A DNA stretch of 63,692 bases, filler included, from Octopus bimaculoides (GCF_001194135.2; 8 parts of 7 records of this genome joined end to end with filler, not necessarily neighbours in it), one strand, 5' to 3'. Shown: positions 1 to 12,169, numbered from the whole stretch's first letter. Translations and numbers: made by a program. The notes: generated by a model not told the origin, from the letters alone.

Positions 1-281
1 GCAGGGTCTTTAAGCTTCCACACCCTTCTCCTCCAAGCCGGTCTACTTCTGGGCACCCATTTAGCCTTGATCCCGAAGTCGCTAACTACTAATCTATGTT
101 GTGGGGTACATTCTTCGCCAGGGAAGGTTTTGGCATTTATAAGCCGCCCTCTTTCCCTATTTCTGGTGAGGATGTAGTCGATTTGGCTAGAGTGTCTGCC
201 GGAGCGGTAGGTGACTAGGTGACTGGCAGGTTTCCTGAAGTTGGTATTGCAGACCATAAGATCGGTTGCATCACAGAACTC
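1..281 (-). mobile_element. RTE-clade LINE fragment, APE endonuclease C-terminal part; runs off the window edge
   Basis: Minus strand reads open for 93 codons: EFCDATDLMVCNTNFRKPASHLVTYRSGRHSSQIDYILTR...FPGEECTPQHRLVVSDF. The NTxF, TY, SQIDY and QH motifs are typical of the RTE-type apurinic endonuclease. Confidence 0.85.
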
Positions 282-935
282 AGAGAGAGAGAGAGAGAAC
301 AAACTGTAGATTGGGTTGTAGGTATTTGACACCTATTTCTAGCACTGGTGATGGTCATTACCAGTAACCCTTAACTATAATTATATCTTTATAATTATAT
401 ATGTAAAAAAAGAAAAATTAAGGCTATCTTTTGTTTTGAGTCGACAATTTATAAACAGACTTCACTAATTTCCGTGAGCACATGCTGTTTTATCAGCTGT
501 GTGTTGTCTTGTCAACTGTGTACTTGTTGTGTGTGTGTGTGTGTGTGTGCCTGCATGCTTGTTCTTGTGTGTGTGCATGCTTGTTCGTATGTGTGTGTGT
601 GTGTGTGCATGCATGCACATGCTTGTTCTGTTTTTATGTATTTATGTGTGTAGAATGTAGATATAACAAAAACACTGTCGCATTTTAAACTTGCATATAT
701 GTTCTTACCTGCTTTATCATCATCATCATCATTGATTAACATCCGTTTTCCATTCTGGCCTGTCATTAGCATAGAAGCACTCCCAGGGCGCTTCTATGAC
801 TTGAATTCTTCTGTTAAGCCCTGGAGGACTATAATGATGAAGGAACTGAGGACTGATCAATGGTGAACCCCTCCTTCTTAGAATTCGAGTGGAAAATTAA
901 CCACAGAAGATTGGAAATGAGGGGTACCATTGAGG

Positions 936-1733
936 TTATGAGAACGTCATTTTTTTTGTTAAAGTTGAAAGTATAGAAGGGGCATTAGTAAATGTTCTTA
1001 AACCATTGTTCTTGGACTTAGAAACAATGAAGTTATTGACTTGCATTAGAATATATTGCAGTTCCAGCTTTCTAAAGTTCTTCAGGCTGTTGCTTAATAT
1101 CTCAATAAAACCTCCAACTCTCCTCTCAGAGTTTACAGTACAAGAGGAAATAAGGAAATCTTCAGATAAAGAAATCATTGGAATTGTGTAATCACTATAC
1201 AGTTGTGAATTGTGTGCACTGTTTGCCAAAGTATTTGCATTTTGAATGAAAAATAATTTAGGTTTGTCAATAAGAGTTGGGCATTTGTTGGGGAAAAACA
1301 TTGGTAAAAACTCTGTTAGGGAGACAGTATCATCAGAGCATTGAATAGTACCAGGCTGTGGTCCTCGGGTTAGAATAATACAAATAAAACAAGCACATTT
1401 TGAATGGTCCAGTTTGCTCACATCGTTAAATATCTGTCTGAGGTCACCAACCTTCAAGTTGTTCCGAGTGATTACTTTAAATCCATACATCTTAAGTGTA
1501 TCTGACATAGAATGTACCTCCTCTCTCGAGATTTCGCAAGCATTACCAAATGACAATACTTCATTGTTAATGACTAGAGCATAGCCTTTTGTAAGATAGT
1601 TCATATTATATATTAAATCCACTGGTGAAAAAGATATATCATGTCCATTTAAACTGACTTCATCTAGATTGCGGTCAACAGGTACACTATCTGTATATAC
1701 TTTTTCGGTTCTTTGAATATTAGCAGATGACAT
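936..1733 (-). CDS. Caspase-3/7-like fold protein, catalytically dead (pseudo-caspase), single coding exon, 265 aa
   Basis: Caspase motifs in order: YNMNYLTKGYALVINN, DHSKCACFICIILT, CPTLIDKPKLFFIQ, EDFL, GFIEIL, ILMQVN, PSILSTLTK. SHG is replaced by TRG (R123, codon 1367-1365). QACRG is replaced by QNANT (A166, codon 1238-1236). No internal stops. Confidence 0.9.
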   Translation of the reverse strand: MSSANIQRTEKVYTDSVPVDRNLDEVSLNGHDISFSPVDLIYNMNYLTKGYALVINNEVLSFGNACEISREEVHSMSDTLKMYGFKVITRNNLKVGDLRQIFNDVSKLDHSKCACFICIILTRGPQPGTIQCSDDTVSLTEFLPMFFPNKCPTLIDKPKLFFIQNANTLANSAHNSQLYSDYTIPMISLSEDFLISSCTVNSERRVGGFIEILSNSLKNFRKLELQYILMQVNNFIVSKSKNNGLRTFTNAPSILSTLTKKMTFS

Positions 1734-1827
1734 GGTTGTTTTTTCTGTTAGCTGTTATAAATATATGTAAATAAATCCAGATATTTTTTGTAGTTTGAGA
1801 TGGGTGCAGATTCAAGAAGGGGCTCAG

Positions 1828-1852
1828 CTACAAAAGAAAAAAGTGAGAAGCA
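1828..1852 (-). promoter_or_regulatory. 3' splice acceptor in the 5' UTR of the caspase-like gene
   Basis: Minus strand reads cttctcacttttttcttttgtag|ctgag, with exon start at 1827, 94 nt before the ATG. In-frame stops upstream of the ATG show this stretch is UTR. Confidence 0.6.
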
Positions 1853-2229
1853 TATTTTAAAAATGAATTACAAAATTTGAAAACAGTTAATCATTTGTAT
1901 AAATCAAATATTTCAGTTTCCAGTAATATGCTACTTAGCCCTGATTCGTTACAGTGTTCTTCATCCTTGAAGACAATACTTTCAGTGGGATAGACACTAC
2001 ATTATTATAACTTACAAGACCTATCCAAATATTAGGTTTTATAAAATTCATATTATTTTGATTTTATATACATCTTCATAACATTGTTTCATTCTGTTAC
2101 AAGTTTTTTCTTTGTGTATGAACAACAATGAGTTGGTTGTGATTTTTGATAAAACAAAAATTTATTCTTTTTGTACACAAAAACAGATATTGTTGTTACT
2201 ACAAATGACAAAACATTGAAAGACTTTTG

Positions 2230-2680
2230 AATGTTATCGTTCTTGGTGTAGTTGTAGCAGCAGATAAAGTGTTGTTACTTGCTTTCCAGCTACTGATTTC
2301 TACTGGCTTTCACCCTCCAACTGTTCATTGCTTTTGTATTGTCAACTGCAGTCTGCCACCTTTGGCTTTCTCCTACAGTGTCTGTCAATACCTTCTGTGT
2401 TGCATCCCAAAAGCTCTCTTTTGGGATGCAGCAGAGTCAAAATTATACTGATTGATAGGCTCAAGTATGTTGAATTTATACCGATTGATTGGGTTCAGAA
2501 GTAAGCATGGTAAAAGACGAAAGTTGTCTGTTCCACACAAAACTGTGATCAGTCAGATTTTGTTGATCATGTGGTCAATACGCTAGTGAAATGTGAAATT
2601 GGGTGATTACTGAATACTCTCATTACATATGATAATGATGTAGATCAGCTGTCAAACTTATTCTGCCATGAACCTTTATA
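2230..2680 (-). mobile_element. Possible highly decayed RTE LINE 3' coding remnant
   Basis: Frameshifted fragments SWQNK, RAFGMQH, QRWQTAV and FICC resemble the RTE ORF2 C-terminus. Weak similarity only. Confidence 0.35.
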
Positions 2681-2744
2681 TGATTTTCCAAAAATCACAG
2701 AATCCGTACACATATTTTTAGGGGTGATTTAAAAAAAAAATTGA

Positions 2745-3425
2745 AACTGTAGTGGAAATATATATTCAGTACCAGGTGTGAAACACTTTCAAACTTGGGA
2801 CACTGGTAGAATGTGTCATACAAAACAACTTTTTCTCTTAGTCTTCTTAACAAAAAAATGTACATCGCAAGTTATTTCATGTTAAAGTTGTCGTATTTCT
2901 GTAATTTCAACCAATCACTGACGTCTATTCAGCTGAATACAGTCAGTGCTGTCCGGTCATAAAAATGTTATTCCCTGTGACATATTTCATCCGGTTTAAT
3001 CGTAATTTATACGCATATATTGTTTATATAATAAATTACGCTGTGCGTATCTGTGTGTGTATATTTTTCCCATAACCTCACTCATAACCTTAACCCTAAC
3101 CCCAACCCTAACCCTAACTCTAAAACCCGAACCCTAACCTAAACTAGAGTTTGATTTGAAGAAGATTTGGCTGTTATTTCTAGGAAATGAAGCACTTGGT
3201 GGAGGTGCATTAATAATTCTTGTAGCTCCAATAACAAGTGCAGGCAATATTCAAGTATTTTGATGGCTTTTCCCCCTTTGTTTACGAACAGTCTAGTTAA
3301 TCGGAAATGTCAGAACTAACGGGGATTAATACCATATACACCGTCACAGCAGTTACTTTTATTCAACAAAATATACAAGTATACAAAGTTTGAAAGTGTT
3401 TCGGTACCAAAAACACTACATAAAA
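2745..3425. mobile_element. Foldback/MITE-like element with imperfect inverted arms and an internal (TAACCC)n-like tract
   Basis: Left arm tgtagtg...gtacc...gaaacactttcaaact is mirrored by agtttgaaagtgtttcggtacc...cactaca near 3384-3419. Degenerate telomere-like repeat at 3073-3143. Related copy at 15173-15437. Confidence 0.5.
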
Positions 3426-3960
3426 AATGTTGCCCGTCAAATCACAAAGGTCCCTAGGTGTTGATATGGCTGTGTGTATATTATTACAAGAGTTCATATT
3501 AGAGATGAAGAATAAATTCAAAAACTATATATTTAATTTACTGGTCGATGATGATACATAATCAAAATGTAGAATCTAGTTGAATGAAGTAATCTATGCA
3601 AGAAAGTTCAGAAATAGGAAATATAGAAATAACAGCGAAGTGATGGCTTTCAGTCATGTGGCCTAGAGAAATAGACGGACATAGCAATGACGTAATCGAC
3701 TAAGAAGCGAAGAGCAGGGTTAGCAAGCTGTTTTTATTAATGGAACGCGAGACATTCTGGAAACTTCCGAGAGAAACGCGAAGCTTCTTGAATAATTAAG
3801 AATCACGTCTCATGACACACATGCCTAAAAAAAAAAAAACTTAGTGAAGGGAGGTTACTCTATACACCTTCTTGCAAGGGAGATCATTAAACTATTTAGC
3901 TACATAGACCACTACANNNNNNNNNNNNNNNNNNNNNNNNNNNNNNNNNNNNNNNNNNNN

Positions 3961-3972
3961 TTAATTAATTAA
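3961..3972. other. Artificial contig linker TTAATTAATTAA inside N runs (also 18347, 25397, 39893, 44657, 52318, 60985)
   Basis: Identical 12-mer centred in equal-length N runs seven times. It places stop codons in all six frames. Confidence 0.95.
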
Positions 3973-4016
3973 NNNNNNNNNNNNNNNNNNNNNNNNNNNN
4001 NNNNNNNNNNNNNNNN

Positions 4017-4058
<42 letters not shown>

Positions 4059-4769
4059 TCATGTTTTACAATGTATGTAGACACTCACACGCACGCACAC
4101 ACACTCCCATACACACACACACACATATGTGGACACACTATGTATACAAATAATATCTGACAGAAGACGCAATAGACTGAGTAGAGTGCAATAATGTTGT
4201 TATTGTATCAAATAGTTGTCAACTGGAGTTTTGTACTTGGTTGATCGCAAATGTAGCGAGTAGCCAAGGGCCAAACCTGAGTGCGCTGTCATTATTTTGA
4301 CGTATTAAACACACACACGTACACACACACCTATACATACGCAACCACACATGCATTCTCTCTCTCTCTCTCGCTCTCAACCACACATTTATATATAAAC
4401 TTACGGTGTTTATGGATAAATTTGTACATAAATTTATATGTATTTATCTAAATAACTTCCATTCACCGTCATGAGTTTACGTATATCTATTTACAAACTT
4501 TACATATGTATACAACATACCCCCCCCCCCNNNNNNNNNNNNNNNNNNNNNNNNNNNNNNNNNNNNNNNNNNNNNNNNNNNNNNNNNNNNNNNNNNNNNN
4601 NNNNNNNNNNNNNNNNNNNNNNNNNNNNNNNNNNNNNNNNNNNNNNNNNNNNNNNNNNNNNNNNNNNNNNNNNNNNNNNNNNNNNNNNNNNNNNNNNNNN
4701 NNNNNNNNNNNNNNNNNNNNNNNNNNNNNNNNNNNNNATATATATATATATATATATACACACACTTAT

Positions 4770-4802
<33 letters not shown>

Positions 4803-7298
4803 CGTATAAGAAGGGATGACCACTAAGTGGACATCCATTATGCTAGAAATAGACCATCTGCGATCAAACAACATCTTTCTGAATTTTCAGATTTTTTCTT
4901 TATGCTAGACCACTGCTTTTAAATTGGTGTTACTTAAATTAATATCCAATTTATCACCCTTATTATTTAAATTTTAAATAATTATGTTCTCTAACCGGCA
5001 ACGGTTACTGCAGTGAATTATCTTCTGCAGAATTGTTTCCGGTATTTAGCGCGCGAGAGCAGGGACTTTTGATAATAACTCCAATGTAATCTGTAGAACT
5101 GTATACATGTCTAATTTCATGTGGACAACGTGTATAGTTCTGCAAATTATATTCAATTAGAACGGTCGTACTGAAGAGCCACGGACGCGTTACGTAAGTA
5201 ATAATTGCGTTAATGGCGAAACCTGGTCTACGATTAATTCTTTATTTTGTATATTTTCATTTGTCTTGCCCATTTATGTTCTGGTGTGTGCTGAATTTTT
5301 CTAGAGAACTATGATCGTTTCTTTTGTGGTCTGATTGTGGTCTATTTCTAGCATAGACTATTCATCGGATAATGCATCAAGATTTCGCTATGTCTTTCGT
5401 GCTTTTGTAGTTGCTAGCACACATTAGCAATTTCTCGCCACTCTCAGTCCTGATCCAGTGTTACATCAAATAACATTAATTAAAGCGCCCTGGTCAAGGA
5501 CGCAACGTACCTCCCATTACTGTATTACCATGAACCCAGCATCCTAACTTGTATGTCATACGATTTCAGGAGTGGTAGTGTTTCTTTTTCTCTGTCAAAG
5601 CGTCGCTAGCCCCCCAAAAGGAAATTAGATGGGGACTGATGTCTCTAAAGTAGACAAAATTTATAGCCACTTGTGTTTCTTTTTAATTGATGTAGCTAAA
5701 GTAGAAAAAGCTTTAGTTATTTATCTTTAAAAGGTTTCGATTACATTTTCTTCTTAAAAAACTCGAGATGCTTGTAATTTGAAAAACAACCTCTTTAAAC
5801 AAGATTGCTGGGAATTGAAAGGGCCTAGTTGTATCGAGTGCACCATATCCTTCGTAGAAAGGTCCTCCCCGATTCCAAGGGGATCTAGGACAATTGCTGC
5901 CTTGGCAGACCCACAAATCGGGCCCTGGGCCATACGCATTGATAAAATTTCTCACGCACGCTCTCACACGTTCCTAATGACATTATGTTTTCATTGTACA
6001 AATTCATGTTTTGCTTTCGCATCGTCAGACACTCAGTGTGTGGCGTAATTTCCACACACACACACACACACACACACACATGCACGCACCCACACTCGCA
6101 ATCACGCGCGCGCGCGCTCACACAGAGGTATTAGTTCTTAATACAGTTATTAATTTTGAACGCCTGAACGCTCTCAAACCATTCTATACTGTCGGGTCTT
6201 GGTGTCGGGCGCATAGTCATAGGCTGGATGAATATAAATACGTATGCTTGGGTTTATGGTGTTAGTTTATGTGTTAGTGTGTGCCTTTAGACGGTTTGAT
6301 AATAATATTAATAATAATAATAATGATGAAAATCTTAATAATAGTTATTAAGCCATTAAAAAAAAAGATGAACACTTAGTAAGTGAAACGTTATTGGAAG
6401 AAAATGTAATCTATTTCATATGTATCTTAATTTGTAATTTTTCTTTAAATACCAAAAGTTATTTTCTGAGAGGTCAGTCACGCTGCTGTAAGTTAGACAA
6501 TAAATAGATGTTTAAAAGAAAAGAGTCATGTTCGAAACGTTTATCGGAATATATCTGGTGCGATTTCATTGTTGTTTCATTAAATGTATTTTCGCATATG
6601 CGAGCAGGAAGAAATCATCTAGGTACACTTATTTATGTTTTCGCATTATATTTTAAAATATAGCGTTTTGAATTAAAGTGTTTTGCAGGTGTATAAATTA
6701 TCTAGGTATACTTATTGAATATTTTCGCATTGTATATTAAAGTAAAGTGTTTTGCAGGAATATATAAACTACAGAATGAGTTAGATTATATATAAAGTGT
6801 TGCTTTTAAAGTGTTTAACGTTTCTTATATTGAGGATTCTTTGATTGTGGATTCTTTGATTTCCTTGTTTCATTCATTCGTCTTGGAAGATTTATATGTA
6901 TATATGTTTGTGGCTTGGAAGTTTCGCCAATTATTATGTGACGGTTATGTATAAGAAACTTCATACAAACAACAAAACAAGAGTACAACGAAACCATTAT
7001 GAAGAGAAAAAAATGAGAAGAATGAGGAGAATGAAAGAAATACGGAAAAAGAAGATGGACAAGTAGGAGAGAGATGAGGAGAGGGGGTAAAAAACGAAGA
7101 AGAAAGAAAAGAAGAATAAAGAGAAGGAAAAGGAGAAGAAAGGAATGATGATGATGATGATGATGATGATGAGGAATAAAAGGTGAAGAAGTTGAAGAAA
7201 AAGAAGCGAAAAGAATGTATGTAAAAAAGAAAGAGATGTAGAGTACAAAAGAAAGCAGCAATCTCAAGAACAACAGAAAAACTACAACAGATATCGTT

Positions 7299-7302
7299 AT
7301 GA

Positions 7303-7395
<93 letters not shown>

Positions 7396-7410
7396 ATTAT
7401 TATTATTTCC
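7299..7410. repeat. Compound (TAT)n(TGT)n microsatellite
   Basis: Seen directly in sequence. Confidence 0.95.
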
Positions 7411-8786
7411 TTTTATTGGTGTCTACTGGAGAAATAAATATATTGGTTAACTATAATGTTTTCGGAAATATTGGCGGTATAACGATTAGAGAGTAAACAA
7501 CAATGTAATGATTACTACAAGGCGAAGAGGAAAAAGAAGAGAAAGAACGCCATCAACGACAGCGACGATGCCATCAAAGCCGAGAGTCTTAACGATAAAG
7601 ACAATAACAGAAATAATAATTGTGTTTCTTTTAATTGCTACGAGTGCAGCAGAATTATAACATTATTAGAGTAGGGGCCGAAACCGGACGTGGTTCCTCC
7701 TGATGATGTCTTGAGCTAACTGGATCCTATAAAGGAGCTGTTGTGGTAGCAGACCACGAAACATGGTTGAAATTCCTGATATNNNNNNNNNNNNNNNNNN
7801 NNNNNNNNNNNNNNNNNNNNNNNNNNNNNNNNNNNNNNNNNNNNNNNNNNNNNNNNNNNNNNNNNNNNNNNNNNNNNNNNNNNNNNNNNNNNNNNNNNNN
7901 NNNNNNNNNNNNNNNNNNNNNNNNNNNNNNNNNNNNNNNNNNNNNNNNNNNNNNNNNNNNNNNNNNNNNNNNNNNNNNNNNNNNNNNNNNNNNNNNNNNN
8001 NNNNNNNNNNNNNNNNNNNNNNNNNNNNNNNNNTAGAGTAGGGGCCGAAACCGGACGTGGTTCCTCCTGATGATGTCTTGAGCTAACTGGATCCTATAAA
8101 GGAGCTGTTGTGGTAGCAGACCACGAAACATGGTTGAAATTCCTGATATTACAAAACTAAATTGAAAAATAAAAGGGGAATGTAACAAATAAAAGAAAAA
8201 CGTGGTTTCACTGACTGGCGTAGAAATGTGTATACACACACTGACATATACATGCATGCATGTGCGCGCGCACACGCACACACACATACACAATCAGGTG
8301 TATACACACACACACACACACGCACACACATATATATAATTCAAAAAGACGTGTAGTAAATACGAATATATGCTACATATACAGACGAACAGAATGCATA
8401 GAAGGTCACCAACTCCTCGTCAGTTATCGACCAGAGGGTCAAACGCAATTTCGACTATTATCGATAATATCGTTTCCACTCTGGTGGCACCGGCAAGAAA
8501 CTTGCCGAGAGTGGAAGCAAAACATAACAAAAGCGAGTCGGGCTCAAGACGAGACCGTTAGTGGACGGACGAGGGACGAAACAAACAGAATAAAGGCTTG
8601 GCGCTAAACAAAGGCAAAAATTAAAATGATAACAATACAAATGCAGCAAAAAAGAAATAAAACTTTCGGGTTGAAAGACAAGACATAAATGGGTAACGCG
8701 AAGGAGAAATGAAAACTGCCCTAAAGGACTCTATCCATGGGAGGAGTTGAGGGAGGAGCTCAGAAAATCGGGACCAGTCGCAGAAT

Positions 8787-8932
8787 TGGCTGTGATAAGT
8801 AGCTTGCTTACCAACCACATGGTTCTTGGTTCAGTTCCACTTCGTGGCACCTTGGGCGACTGTTTTCTGCTATAGCTTCGGGCCGACCAAACCCTTGTTA
8901 GTGAATTTGATAGACGGAAACTGAAAGAGGCC

Positions 8933-8935
<3 letters not shown>
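8787..8935 (+). mobile_element. tRNA-head SINE, family B (tggctgtgtggtaag...ggttcagtccc...gaaactgaaag), ending in (TA)n
   Basis: Box A-like and box B-like motifs. Homologous copies at 25217-25352 (+), 36476-36620 (-), 51462-51612 (+) and 60775-60920 (+). Confidence 0.8.
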
Positions 8936-8990
<55 letters not shown>

Positions 8991-9787
8991 CCTAGCGGTT
9001 CGGTAAAAGAGAGGGTAGCATAGCAGGTGAGTTGTTTTATGATACCATTAGAAAAAAAGTGCTCAGATTTGCATGAAAATTCGCTTAAAATCAATCGTAG
9101 CATCAATGTAATCCCTGATGGAATAGTCCCATAGGGTGGTCACAGTTCAATTATACCCACATTTTAGCTGAAGCGATTGCAGGTTCTGTTATCAGGTGCT
9201 CTGGATTGCACAGTACAATTATTAATTCTATTTTGGGAACTAGCAGTATTAGCTTCACTGTTATTAAGATGGGGAGGTTTTATACATTTGTGATGATAGC
9301 TGTTATTCTTATTTGTGTTGCAAATAGAAGTATCTAATCTATTACAGATTACGTTAATGTAATTTACTCTGGGCTTATGTTACTTATTTTATTAGGATCG
9401 GCTCGGCACTATGATAAACAATAGTCGTGCTTGACACGTTATAGGTATTGTTCGATAAAACAGTAGTAATTGAAAATATTACATTCGGATATGAAGTTGA
9501 ATGGCCATTAGGTGTGTTATGGCTCACAGAATTGAAGTGGTTTATAATTCCCTAAACAGTTGTCACTGGGGTTCATGTAACTATTTTGAGGGGTATTACT
9601 AGTAGCCGGGTAACTGAGACAGCTACATGTAGTTAAAGGGAATGCCCGAGACGGATTTAAGTACATGATGTTGGAGCTAAATCTGACAGTTTGCATACAG
9701 GAAAGGAAAACAATACCACATCCAAAAATAAAAATATTTCAAAATATAAAAGATACACCATCTTGATTATGGCTGGGATATAACAGT

Positions 9788-9930
9788 TTATTCAAAGTAG
9801 TCGTCTTCAGTTTTCCCCGTGGCTTCCAGACGATTCCGGAACCAGGGGCTGGAGATCTACACTGTACTTCTGGGAAGATCTTCTAAAACTGTCAAATTGG
9901 TCTTGGCTTTGCAGGCTGAGTGGCTCCTCG
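9788..9930 (-). mobile_element. Tc1/mariner-type transposase C-terminal remnant
   Basis: Reads VLEDLPRSTV*ISSPWFRNRLEATGKTEDDYFE*, matching the F-R-x-R-L-E-A...G-x-Y-F-E* ending of Tc1/mariner-type transposases. Confidence 0.65.
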
Positions 9931-9942
9931 ATGAACTACTGA

Positions 9943-9982
<40 letters not shown>

Positions 9983-11520
9983 CACTCTCTTTCTCTCTCC
10001 CCACTCTCTTTCTCTCTCCCCACTCTCCCTCTCTCTCACCGACAACGACCATGATATAGTTAGCTTACATGGAAATTTTCATTCAATAGCCTATGGTCTA
10101 AATGCTCAGAAATTCTAGAAACACCTGCAAAAGACTTAAGTATTTACTATAACTATAAATTAAATGCTCTAAAGTGATACCACATATTTCGCCTGTTCAT
10201 TCTCTGTTTTGAATATATATCTACCCGCTCAAAGATTAATCACTTCCAGCCATCTTTGATAGGCAGCTACAACGCCACTCTTTTTCAGTTACAGTACAAG
10301 TTGGAGTTTAAGTGGTAAACATCAAACCGAACACTTACATTATATTACGTTACTAGATGAAAATTATATATATATATTTATATAAAGCAGATGCATTAAT
10401 AGTGGTATAGGTAGTGTTNNNNNNNNNNNNNNNNNNNNNNNNNNNNNNNNNNNNNNNNNNNNNNNNNNNNNNNNNNNNNNNNNNNNNNNNNNNNNNNNNN
10501 NNNNNNNNNNNNNNNNNNNNNNNNNNNNNNNNNNNNNNNNNNNNNNNNNNNNNNNNNNNNNNNNNNNNNNNNNNNNNNNNNNNNNNNNNNNNNNNNNNNN
10601 NNNNNNNNNNNNNNNNNNNNNNNNNNNNNNNNNNNNNNNNNNNNNNNNNNNNNNNNNNNNNNNNNNNNNNNNNNNNNNNNNNNNNNNNNNNNNNNNNNNN
10701 NNNNNNNNNNNNNNNNNNNNNNNNNNNNNNNNNNNNNNNNNNNNNNNNNNNNNNNNNNNNNNNNNNNNNNNNNNNNNNNNNNNNNNNNNNNNNNNNNNNN
10801 NNNNNNNNNNNNNNNNNNNNNNNNNNNNNNNNNNNNNNNNNNNNNNNNNNNNNNNNNNNNNNNNNNNNNNNNNNNNNNNNNNNNNNNNNNNNNNNNNNNN
10901 NNNNNNNNNNNNNNNNNNNNNNNNNNNNNNNNNNNNNNNNNNNNNNNNNNNNNNNNNNNNNNNNNNNNNNNNNNNNNNNNNNNNNNNNNNNNNNNNNNNN
11001 NTATATATATATATATATACATATATATATTTATATAAAGCAGATGCATTAATAGTGGTATAGGTAGTGTTGAAAAGTGAGGACGATGATTATGATGATG
11101 GTGATAATGATAGCAATGATTAATGTTGATGTTATATTTATTCGCCACAATAGCAAACATATTTTACATTATTAATAATAATAGTGATGGCGGTTATTAT
11201 TACTATTATTACTATTGCTATTATCATTTAGAGGAAGATCTGACTGTACTGGAGGGGATAACAACAACAACAACAATAATAATAATAATAATAATAATAA
11301 TGATAAACAGTAATGATAATAATGTTATATTTATTCATCACAATAGCAAATAGAGGTAGGACATAGACAATGTACAAGAAAACGGTAGGAGATTTGTAGC
11401 GAGTTTAGACGTTTAATAAAAACATTATGTAAATGAAACGACAGACAATGTAAGATAAACACGCTCACCCCCACACGCAAACATACACATACACACACAC
11501 GCACACACACATACACGCAT

Positions 11521-11569
<49 letters not shown>

Positions 11570-11834
11570 TGCGCATATGGACACAAACACGCGTACAGGC
11601 ACACGCATATGTTTTAAGTTTATATTTTAATCATTCGATTTATATGAAATAAGATTAAAACATACGCACACGCACACACATATAGGTATACACATATATA
11701 CATGTATGTTTATATATTTATATATATGATATATAATAAACATATCTATCTATCTATCTATCTATCTATCTACATATATATAGGTATATATATACGTGCA
11801 TATACACACATATACAAGCGTTTGTATATTTGTA

Positions 11835-11889
<55 letters not shown>

Positions 11890-12137
11890 NNNNNNNNNNN
11901 NNNNNNNNNNNNNNNNNNNNNNNNNNNNNNNNNNNNNNNNNNNNNNNNNNNNNNNNNNNNNNNNNNNNNNNNNNNNNNNNNNNNNNNNNNNNNNNNNNNN
12001 NNNNNNNNNNNNNNNNNNNNNNNNNNNNNNNNNNNNNNNNNNNNNNNNNNNNNNNNNNNNNNNNNNNNNNNNNNNNNNNNNNNNNNNNNNNNNNNNNNNN
12101 NNNNNNNNNNNNNNNNNNNNNNNNNNNNNNNNNNNNN

Positions 12138-12169
<32 letters not shown>

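Noticed and set aside
3918-4016. TTAATTAATTAA motif recurring seven times
   Set aside because: It is always centred in N runs; an artificial six-frame-stop contig linker, not biology.
7667-8149. Identical 116-bp direct repeat (7667-7782 and 8034-8149) as a real tandem or LTR
   Set aside because: The copies are 100% identical and directly flank an N gap, typical of unmerged contig overlap. The sequence itself is still reported as a finding.
10366-11070. Direct repeat around a gap (similar cases at about 31890/32700, 55626/55646 and 61605/61664)
   Set aside because: Gap-flanking duplication artefacts.
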